In this document: positions 1 to 6,562 of the stretch, piece by piece
Layout of the letters: each line of letters opens with the position of its first letter
How positions within the stretch are numbered: position 1 is the stretch's first letter
Assembly: GCA_034723395.1 (NCBI GenBank)
Contig: JAYEOW010000051.1
Coordinates: forward strand, 1-24,331
Direction of reading: 5' to 3'
DNA length: 24,331 bases
Source: Candidatus Margulisiibacteriota bacterium
GTDB taxonomy: Bacteria > Margulisbacteria > WOR-1 > O2-12-FULL-45-9
Notes under the pieces: model-generated
Databases searched by the model: none
The model's input: the letters and a program-made list of their open reading frames with translations, nothing else
What the model was told of the DNA's origin: nothing
Made by a program: the position numbers and the translations under genes

Positions 1-20
1 GCGATAATGTCCTTTCTCAT
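1..20 (-). CDS. Putative transposase N-terminus (MRKDII...), truncated by the window edge
   Basis: ATG at 20 preceded by G-rich SD-like GGGGGGCAAGAA, located inside the IS-like end; only 6 complete codons visible. Confidence 0.5.
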
Positions 21-126
21 TTCTTGCCCCCCTTTTACTTTTTATCGTAAAAAAGGGCTTTTTATTTATCTACGAACCGGACATTTTCACGTTGCCCAAT
101 CCGGACATTATCACGTTGCTGCTACA
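1..126 (-). mobile_element. Left end of an IS1202-family (ISNCY/IS481-related) insertion sequence; element continues beyond the window's left edge
   Basis: Minus strand begins TGTAGCAGCAACGTGATAATGTCCGG at 126 (TGT terminus). Two 19-bp direct repeats CCGGACATT(T/A)TCACGTTGC lie at 77-95 and 101-119, with an inverted partial copy at 3-12. An ORF starts at 20 reading out of the window. Family assignment is from recognition of the end architecture only. Confidence 0.7.
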
Positions 127-141
127 CGAGCCAGATCCTTC

Positions 142-169
142 TTGACATTCCCCCCACAAGGTTTAAAAT
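142..169 (+). promoter_or_regulatory. sigma70-type promoter for the NHL-repeat gene
   Basis: TTGACA (142-147), 16 bp, TAAAAT (164-169); SD AGGAGG at 188-193 before the ATG at 200. Confidence 0.7.
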
Positions 170-199
170 ATACGCGGATCCCTTGGTAGGAGGCGTAAT

Positions 200-1342
200 A
201 TGAAAAAAGCTCTTGGTTTAATCATGATCGCGGTTTTTTGTTTGGTAATGTTTGCGGGGCAGGGGTCTGCACAGATAGGTTCGAAATATAAACTTCCGAC
301 CACGACTTTGCCTGAGGCTATGCGGCCCGCTGACACCGAACAACTGATCGAGCCGGCGGCGGAAATTCCCCCCGAGTCGATGCAGAAGTTTGTGAGGCCC
401 AAGACGGTGCTTGAGGAACGACTGCAGTTTGTGAGGCCCAAGACGGTGCTTTACGTAACATTATATGAATTTAAGGAAAAATGGAATGCGTCTGCCAATG
501 CAAGCCGTCTGGCCGTTGATTCCTCCGGGAATTTATATGTTGCATGTCATGATAATTATGTTAGAAAGTATTCTCCTGAGTGGGATTTGCTAGCTTCGTG
601 GGATACAAATGGCGATATCGGCGGGATAGTTGTTGATCCAACCGACAGCTACGTTTATGTTGCGCTTCAAGATTCCCATAAGATAAAGAGGTTTGAAACT
701 AATGGCACTTTTAGTTTGGAATGGGGAGGGCCGGGGAGCGGGGACGGCAAGTTCGAAAACCCGAGGGCGATGGATGTCGATTCGGCGGGAAATGTTTATG
801 TGGTTGACCTAAATCATGACCGCATCCAAAAATTTGATCCTGAAGGTTCTTTTCTAACTAAATGGGAAGTGGCTCCGGATCTACCCCGTTTCGATGTATA
901 CATAAAAGATATAGCCGTCAGAGGCAATTCCGTATATCTTATTAATGATGTTAATACCATATACAAATATGATACGGCGGGCAACTATGAGCTTGAGTGG
1001 GAAATTATTTCTGGAGGGTTCCCTTTACCTGCGACCAGAATTGCTATTGATTCGGACGGGAATGTGTACGTGCAAATATCTGGCATGCATCAACCGATCG
1101 GATATAGGATAGTGAAATGCAGCTCAACCGGCAAGCTGGAAAACTGGAATATAATACTTCAGGAAAATCTGCCAAATGCAGTCTACCCTTATGGTATGGT
1201 TTTTGACAGAGCTTTCGAGAACCTATATATGATCGGCCTTGATGTTTGGTCTGGCGGAGGAGAACCTCCTCCAGGGACGCCATCCCATGTGTATCGATTT
1301 GTGCAGAAAAGAACGAGATTGATACGCACGTTAGAAAGATAG
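200..1342 (+). CDS. Secreted NHL-repeat (six-bladed beta-propeller) protein
   Basis: N-terminal signal peptide (MKKALGLIMIAVFCLVMFAGQGSA); repeated LAVDSSGNLYVA, WGGPGSGDGKFENPRAMDVDSAGNVYVVD..NHDRIQKFD and IAIDSDGNVYV motifs; strong SD. Confidence 0.85.
   Translation: MKKALGLIMIAVFCLVMFAGQGSAQIGSKYKLPTTTLPEAMRPADTEQLIEPAAEIPPESMQKFVRPKTVLEERLQFVRPKTVLYVTLYEFKEKWNASANASRLAVDSSGNLYVACHDNYVRKYSPEWDLLASWDTNGDIGGIVVDPTDSYVYVALQDSHKIKRFETNGTFSLEWGGPGSGDGKFENPRAMDVDSAGNVYVVDLNHDRIQKFDPEGSFLTKWEVAPDLPRFDVYIKDIAVRGNSVYLINDVNTIYKYDTAGNYELEWEIISGGFPLPATRIAIDSDGNVYVQISGMHQPIGYRIVKCSSTGKLENWNIILQENLPNAVYPYGMVFDRAFENLYMIGLDVWSGGGEPPPGTPSHVYRFVQKRTRLIRTLER
387..451 (+). repeat. Perfect 26-bp direct repeat, 39-bp period, in frame (FVRPKTVL twice)
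   Basis: AGTTTGTGAGGCCCAAGACGGTGCTT at 387-412 and 426-451. Confidence 0.95.
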
Positions 1343-1443
1343 AACAAAAAATTTCAGTAACGCTGAGAGCGGTTCAGGATCGAAAAGAAATCTATGATAT
1401 AACTTTCTAAGCCTAGACAGTTTATATTTGTTGTTTCATCATG

Positions 1444-1602
1444 AGGTTGCAACTTTACGAAACGTAACGAAACATTATGAAACATTACGAAACCTCGTCA
1501 GAATAGGTAGGACCTCGCATAAAAATCTGTATATAACGCATGTGGATAAACCATCGGTGACGTAATATTTCGCTTTAGATGGCCTAAAAACAGCTATTCA
1601 CC
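1444..1602. repeat. Copy 1 of a duplicated non-coding element (decamer array, DnaA-box-like 9-mer, conserved block)
   Basis: Aligns with 2280-2440. GTTGCAAC at 1446-1453 is followed by four GAAAC-containing units at 10-bp spacing. 1518-1593 matches 2353-2428 at 60/76 positions without gaps (hand count). Confidence 0.9.
1541..1549 (-). promoter_or_regulatory. Perfect DnaA-box consensus TTATCCACA (function unproven)
   Basis: TGTGGATAA on +; the equivalent position in copy 2 is TGTGGACAA (2376-2384, 1 mismatch). Confidence 0.4.
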
Positions 1603-1623
1603 TAATTATCAAGCCTTTTAATA

Positions 1624-2133
1624 TTATGGGGCAATCCTCAAATTAACCGGCAATCTTTCGCTGACCAGTTCAAGGGTCTCATTCGCGGTTTCTATTACAT
1701 TATTATAAGACTGGCTTTTTGCGATCAAATCTTTTACTTTCGCTGACGCAGAAAATAAAGTCGTAACCGCCATGGTATAAGGCGTGATTTCAGCAATTCC
1801 CGTTTTTTCGCGCGCGTAGCCGCTAAAAGCGGACAAAAAATTCATCCGGTAAGCGGCTTTCCGCGCAGGCGTTCCTGCTTCATAAGGAGATTGTGGATCC
1901 GTAAGATCAATTAAAAGCGCGTTTAGGTTGCCGTAAAAATCAAAGGCGGGCTTATTTGCCATTACCTTATCAAAAAAGTTGCTCAAAAGCGTATGCCATT
2001 GTTTGCAGGTTAATTTGCCGATCTTAACGCCGCTTTTATGAATATTTTTCAGTTTGGCCAGACTGATATTGATGGTCTTCTTGCCGTTTGGCGGCTTTCC
2101 GATGGCGGTCATGAATATTAGGTTAACGAACAT
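1624..2133 (-). CDS. Hypothetical protein (169 aa orphan, basic N-terminus)
   Basis: Only long ORF between the two repeat copies; no recognisable domain and no SD. Alternative start at Met8. Confidence 0.65.
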   Translation of the reverse strand: MFVNLIFMTAIGKPPNGKKTINISLAKLKNIHKSGVKIGKLTCKQWHTLLSNFFDKVMANKPAFDFYGNLNALLIDLTDPQSPYEAGTPARKAAYRMNFLSAFSGYAREKTGIAEITPYTMAVTTLFSASAKVKDLIAKSQSYNNVIETANETLELVSERLPVNLRIAP

Positions 2134-2240
2134 AGCTACTATATTATCGTTAATTTTAGATAGATATTTCAGTTTTTAAGGCGGGAGTTAGGGTAGGATT
2201 ATACGTTTAGAAATGCTAACGGGGCTTAGATTTGATGCTA

Positions 2241-2440
2241 TGTTGCGTAAAGTTTCGAGATGTTGCCTGAGGTTGCATAAGGTTGCAACATAACGAAACA
2301 TTACGAAACCTTATGCAACCTTACGAAACATTAATGGATGAGGCAGGGTAACCATAAAAAACTGTACATATCGATTGTGGACAACTCCATGGTGACGTTA
2401 TTTTTCGCATTAAAAGGCCTAAAAACAGACAATCATCACC
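2241..2440. repeat. Copy 2 of the duplicated non-coding element, with a complete two-armed decamer array (2241-2330)
   Basis: TGTTGCGTAA AGTTTCGAGA TGTTGCCTGA GGTTGCATAA | GGTTGCAACA | TAACGAAACA TTACGAAACC TTATGCAACC TTACGAAACA, followed by the block homologous to 1518-1602. Confidence 0.9.
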
Positions 2441-2448
2441 TGTGCCTA

Positions 2449-2476
2449 ACTTGACATAAGATATATTATGCGACGT
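2449..2476 (-). other. dif: XerCD recombination site (dif-like), probably the chromosomal dif
   Basis: Minus strand ACGTCGCATAA-TATATC-TTATGTCAAGT versus E. coli dif GGTGCGCATAA-TGTATA-TTATGTTAAAT: 11-6-11 layout, inner CATAA/TTATG dyad, XerD arm 9/11 identical; intergenic. Confidence 0.8.
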
Positions 2477-2562
2477 TGACTGATTGGACTTTTAGGTGGG
2501 TTTTTAAGTCCCTCTTTGGCGTTGATATAAGAACACAGCTAGTTGGGCCTACGTATAAGGCC

Positions 2563-2612
2563 TATCAGGACAGCAGATTATCAGAGCTGGAACATCAGAG
2601 AAGCAGAATATC
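2563..2612. repeat. Degenerate 8-mer tandem repeat (alternating ATCAG/AGCAG cores)
   Basis: TATCAGGA CAGCAGAT TATCAGAG CTGGAA CATCAGAG AAGCAGAA TATC, immediately downstream of the stop of the gene at 2616. Confidence 0.6.
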
Positions 2613-2615
2613 TTA

Positions 2616-3122
2616 TTATATCCCGAATCTTATGCCAGTTTTAACCTCAAACCCGGAATTGTCGTAGCTTAAGCCGGCACCGAGATCGAATTTGCTTGAA
2701 GTATAACCGCCCTGGATAAAGAAATCGGTCAGCGGCATCAACGACTTTTTATAGCCAACATACCCGTTATAATTTAATACGGTAGAAGGAGCTACAAAGG
2801 CAGCGTTAGAGCTACTTAAAAGGGTGATCCCTACCCCAAATCCGGCATAGATCGGCAGCATTGGCAACTCCGCGGTCTGGGTGATCATCACCGGAATCAT
2901 GGTAAAGGCAATTGGATTACTAACTTGATAATAGTTTGCTTCAAGCCTGGTTGCCATCAAAGGGATAATGGGAATTGGAAGATTTACTTCTAATGCTAAT
3001 CCGGTAATAGAAGGATCCCTGGCAAGATTGGCAGAAAGCCCAATGCCCGCACCAATTAACGCGTCCGCCCCGGAAACCGCGACAGCCAACAAGATAACGA
3101 TACCAAGCAATAACTTTTTCAT
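2616..3122 (-). CDS. Small outer-membrane beta-barrel protein (probably 8-stranded)
   Basis: Signal peptide MKKLLLGIVILLAVAVSGADA (start moved to ATG 3122, G-rich SD upstream); alternating amphipathic strands (YAGFGVGITL, FFIQGGY, FEVKTGIRFGI). Confidence 0.7.
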   Translation of the reverse strand: MKKLLLGIVILLAVAVSGADALIGAGIGLSANLARDPSITGLALEVNLPIPIIPLMATRLEANYYQVSNPIAFTMIPVMITQTAELPMLPIYAGFGVGITLLSSSNAAFVAPSTVLNYNGYVGYKKSLMPLTDFFIQGGYTSSKFDLGAGLSYDNSGFEVKTGIRFGI

Positions 3123-3143
3123 CTCCAACACCCCTTTTTTAAA

Positions 3144-4265
3144 TTAATAAACTTGTTCACTTGCCGGTTTAACGCGGATCCCGATCGAGATATTCCGGTC
3201 CCCATCGTTAAGCAGGTCATCACCCTGGAGCACAAGATCCATATAATCCCTGACCTCGTAGCCGTAACCTAAGCGGATCTTTGGCCAGTTCGGTCGTGGA
3301 TTATTAATATCGTAAATATCACCCCTTAAAACCGTTTTCATCGATGGCCGATATGCTATCCCACCGCCTAACTGGTTATTGATCACGCCAATCCGGTAAC
3401 TTACATTTTTGCTTACTTGCGCATTAAATAATACATCCAAAAGACCCAGCTGCCGGGTAGGTCCCTCTCCCATCCCGAACCTAAAATAATTATTTCCTCT
3501 CCGGACAATATCAACATTACTAATTACCGCGTTTGCGGTTGACCCTATATCCACCCCGCCGGAAGCCCTTAGATCAATACTTCCGACCGTGTCGAAGAAC
3601 TTATTAGCTGAAGAGAGCGTCTTTTTGGTCTCCTGGATCGTCCCTTTAACATTAGCCTGGAATTTTGGATCGCCGACGATCGCTTGGATCCCGGCATTGG
3701 TCTTTCTCAATTCCTGGGTCAACATCTCAATATCAGAGGCGATTTTTTCCGCAGTATAAACAGTTTTAAAGAGAGCATCCTGCAACTTTTTGTTCTCAAC
3801 GATTGTCCTGATCCCCTCGAGGATCTTTTTGCTCTCCTGCAGGTTTTGAGCTCCAATGTCAATAAAGTCGACGATCGCAGAGGTCTTTGTACCCTTTAAG
3901 GATGCGGGAGGTTTATATAACGTTTCAGAAGTCCCCGGACGGATCTCGAGATATTTTTGTCCAACGATACCATCATAAGCAACACGTAGATATGAGTCGG
4001 CGGGCACTTGGATATCTTTATCAATTACACTGTAGACCTTAATCTCGTAGGGCCCGGGATCGATGCGCATTACTTTTCCGACCTTAAATCCACGGAACCT
4101 TACTTCGGAACCGAGGGTTAAACCTTCAATGTTTGAAAAGTCAGCGATCAACGGATAGCCCTTACGGACCATAAAAATTTCCGTTTTCCAGATCACAACA
4201 CTTCCCAGAGCAAGCAGTGCGACCAGGGTCAGTATCCCAACCTTCGCCGGAGTTGAGAATCCCAT
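3144..4265 (-). CDS. mlaD: MCE/MlaD-family protein with long helical region and C-terminal beta-rich domain
   Basis: N-terminal TM helix, MCE motif FSNIEGLTLGSEVRFRGFKVGKV and GIVGQKYLEIRPG; directly downstream of mlaE-mlaF. Confidence 0.85.
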   Translation of the reverse strand: MGFSTPAKVGILTLVALLALGSVVIWKTEIFMVRKGYPLIADFSNIEGLTLGSEVRFRGFKVGKVMRIDPGPYEIKVYSVIDKDIQVPADSYLRVAYDGIVGQKYLEIRPGTSETLYKPPASLKGTKTSAIVDFIDIGAQNLQESKKILEGIRTIVENKKLQDALFKTVYTAEKIASDIEMLTQELRKTNAGIQAIVGDPKFQANVKGTIQETKKTLSSANKFFDTVGSIDLRASGGVDIGSTANAVISNVDIVRRGNNYFRFGMGEGPTRQLGLLDVLFNAQVSKNVSYRIGVINNQLGGGIAYRPSMKTVLRGDIYDINNPRPNWPKIRLGYGYEVRDYMDLVLQGDDLLNDGDRNISIGIRVKPASEQVY

Positions 4266-4990
4266 TATAAGCCTCCTGTTATAAACTTCCTAACGATCGG
4301 ATCGTTTGATCTTTGCGTTTCTTCGGGAGTCCCGGTATCGATAAACTTTCCTTCATGTAAAAGGACTATTTTGTCCGCTACCCTATTTACTGTCTGCATA
4401 ACATGGGTAACGATAACAGACGTAACTTTTAATTCCCGCTTTAATTTTATCATTAAATTCTCAATTGTTACAGAAGTAATTGGGTCAAGCCCCGTAGTCG
4501 GCTCATCGTACAAAATTATCTTCGGATCAAAGGCGAGCGCTCGCGCAATGCTGACCCGTTTTTGCATCCCTCCCGAGAGCTCAGCCGGCATGTATTCCTG
4601 GGTCCCCTCCATCTCGACCATCTCCAGTTTTTCGTGAACGATCCTTTCGACCTCTTTCCTCCTCAACTTTAAATGTTGTCTTAAGCCAAACGCAACATTT
4701 TCGAAAACATTCATTGAATCAAACAGCGCCGAGCTTTGAAAGATCAATCCGATCTTCTTGCGCAAATCAATTATCCCTTCGAGCGAAAGCCGCTCGATGT
4801 CCTTATGGTCAATAATGATCTTGCCTGAGGTAGGCCGGTCAAGCCTGATCAAAAGGCGGAGGAGCGTACTCTTCCCACATCCAGAAGGACCGATAACTGC
4901 CAGCGATTCGCCAGGCTCCACTTCATATGTAATATCCTCCAGGATCCTTAATTTATCAAAATATTTAGTTAAATTCTTTAATTTAATCAT
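4265..4990 (-). CDS. mlaF: MlaF/Ttg2A-type ABC transporter ATPase
   Basis: Walker A GPSGCGKS, FQSSALFDS, LSGGMQKRV signature, Walker B ILYDEPTTGLDP, H-loop VTH. Confidence 0.9.
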   Translation of the reverse strand: MIKLKNLTKYFDKLRILEDITYEVEPGESLAVIGPSGCGKSTLLRLLIRLDRPTSGKIIIDHKDIERLSLEGIIDLRKKIGLIFQSSALFDSMNVFENVAFGLRQHLKLRRKEVERIVHEKLEMVEMEGTQEYMPAELSGGMQKRVSIARALAFDPKIILYDEPTTGLDPITSVTIENLMIKLKRELKVTSVIVTHVMQTVNRVADKIVLLHEGKFIDTGTPEETQRSNDPIVRKFITGGL

Positions 4991-5766
4991 TTAAAAAATA
5001 AGATCGATAGGAAATAGTTAAGCATAAAGAGGCTGATCAGGGAGGCTACGACCGATGATGTCGTCGCGTCCCCCACCCCTTTTGCTCCCCCCTTTGCGTT
5101 CAATCCCTTATAACAAGCAATGATTGAAATGAACATTCCAAAAATTATCGTCTTAATTAAACCACCGTAAATGTCCCAGAGCGAAAGGAGGCGTTGCGCG
5201 TTATCCATATACTCGACCGCATTAATTTTCCCTATAAAGATCGCGACCATATAACCGCCTCCAAATCCGAGGATATTTGCCAGGATAGTTAAAAGCGGAA
5301 GCATGGTCGCCGCGGCAATAAATCTAGGAATAACCAGATATCTGAGCGGGCTGGCTCCCAGCGCCCTTAAAGCATCGATCTGCTCCTTGACTTTCATCGT
5401 TCCGAGCTCAGCCGCTATCGCTGCAGCCACGCGGGCGGAAATAACTATTCCGGTAATCGCCGGGCCAAGCTCACGGGCGATACCGATCGCCATTACCCCG
5501 CCGACAAATTTACCGGCGCCAAATTTAATAAATTCTCCCGATATCTGCAGGGCAAATACCATCCCGATAAAAAGCGCGGTAACGATTGTGAGCGGGAGCG
5601 AATCGATCCCGATCTTGACCATCTGTTCCAGAGTAAGCCGGATATTTGTTTTCCCTTTACAAATATCCTTGATTGCTTCACCCGCAAGGGTTGATACTTT
5701 TCCGACCCCCTCAAGGATCGCGATCATCTGTTTACCTACGTTTTCAGGTAACTTTTTGTAAGGCAT
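4987..5766 (-). CDS. mlaE: MlaE-family ABC permease
   Basis: RELGPAITGIVISARVAAAIAAELGTMKVKEQIDALRALG and GAKGVGDATTSSVV motifs. Confidence 0.92.
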   Translation of the reverse strand: MPYKKLPENVGKQMIAILEGVGKVSTLAGEAIKDICKGKTNIRLTLEQMVKIGIDSLPLTIVTALFIGMVFALQISGEFIKFGAGKFVGGVMAIGIARELGPAITGIVISARVAAAIAAELGTMKVKEQIDALRALGASPLRYLVIPRFIAAATMLPLLTILANILGFGGGYMVAIFIGKINAVEYMDNAQRLLSLWDIYGGLIKTIIFGMFISIIACYKGLNAKGGAKGVGDATTSSVVASLISLFMLNYFLSILFFK

Positions 5767-6562
5767 TTGATATCTTCTCTACCAGATCAGAGGCGATCAT
5801 TCCGCGCTGGCCCTTTTCTCCGGCAGCCATATCTCCGGCCAGCCCATGCAGGAATACGCCGGCAACTGCCGCGTCAAAAAGCGACATCCCTTGTCCGATA
5901 AAACCAGCGATCATTCCGGTCAACACATCCCCTATTCCCCCCGACGCCATCCCCGGATTGCCGGTCGGATTAATGATCGAGTTCCCTTTTGGATCAGCGA
6001 TCACTGTTTTATTCCCTTTAAGAACGACCACACAACTATATTTCTTCGCTGTTTCAAGCGCCAGGGCTTCCCGGTTCTTCTGGATATCCTTTATCTCTTT
6101 TTTTAGCAAGCGCGCCATTTCTCCGGGGTGCGGAGTGATTACCGCGTTCTTAAGCTTTTGTGGTCGTTGAGCGAAAATATTTATAGCGTCGGCGTCGATG
6201 ACGAGAGGTGTGATATGAGATATGTGATATGTGAGTATTTTTTTGGCTTTCGAACTAGTTCCCAGGCCGGGGCCGATGGCAATTACATTTGGCTTTACGG
6301 TCTTATATTTTTCTACCGGAACAGTAATAACTTCGGGAGTTTGTGAATCGACAAAGTTAACTAGCTTTTCTGGGACAGCGAGATAGGTGAGCCCGGCGCC
6401 GGCGCGAAGGGCTCCGCGCGAAGCCAAAACTGCCGCTCCGGTCATCCCGGATGATCCGGCAATGACCAATACTCTTCCATAGTCACCCTTGTGACTATCG
6501 CGCTTCCGCTTGGGAAGCGAGCGGGCGACCTTATTCCTCAATATAAACTGTGGCAACTGCAT
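5744..6562 (-). CDS. nnrD: ADP-dependent NAD(P)H-hydrate dehydratase (stand-alone YjeF C-terminal domain); start uncertain
   Basis: DSHKGDYGRVLVIAGS..MTGA, IGPGLG, VIDADA, TPHPGEMARL, VVLKG and GNPGMASGGIGDVLTG motifs; no epimerase domain. Confidence 0.9.
   Translation of the reverse strand: MQLPQFILRNKVARSLPKRKRDSHKGDYGRVLVIAGSSGMTGAAVLASRGALRAGAGLTYLAVPEKLVNFVDSQTPEVITVPVEKYKTVKPNVIAIGPGLGTSSKAKKILTYHISHITPLVIDADAINIFAQRPQKLKNAVITPHPGEMARLLKKEIKDIQKNREALALETAKKYSCVVVLKGNKTVIADPKGNSIINPTGNPGMASGGIGDVLTGMIAGFIGQGMSLFDAAVAGVFLHGLAGDMAAGEKGQRGMIASDLVEKISNALQKVT

Noticed and set aside
127..167. Possible Xer site beside the IS end (CTTGACAT shared with the dif XerD arm)
   Set aside because: No 11-6-11 dyad; better explained as the -35 box of the NHL gene promoter.
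7..189. 60-aa + strand ORF with repeated GHFHVA/GHYHVA
   Set aside because: The peptide repeat is just the translation of the IS terminal repeats, and the ORF runs through a promoter.
1527..1542. LexA SOS box (CTGTATATA / CTGTACATA in both copies)
   Set aside because: The CAG half-site required at CTG-N10-CAG is absent in both copies.
1518..1593. Conserved block as a small coding exon or structured RNA
   Set aside because: Substitutions between copies show no clear third-position bias, and only short possible stems (GGTGA/TCACC) exist. Two copies are too few to show covariation, so an RNA is unsupported rather than excluded.
1444..2330. CRISPR array or integron attC interpretation of the repeats
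   Set aside because: Units are contiguous 10-mers with no unique spacers and no cas genes. There is no RYYYAAC...GTTRRRY box arrangement and no integrase.
2451..2456. TTGACA as a -35 promoter box
   Set aside because: No -10 at 16-18 bp; it is part of the XerD arm of the dif-like site.
2476..2667. 63-aa + strand ORF
   Set aside because: TTG start inside dif, no SD, runs through repeats and overlaps the convergent barrel gene.
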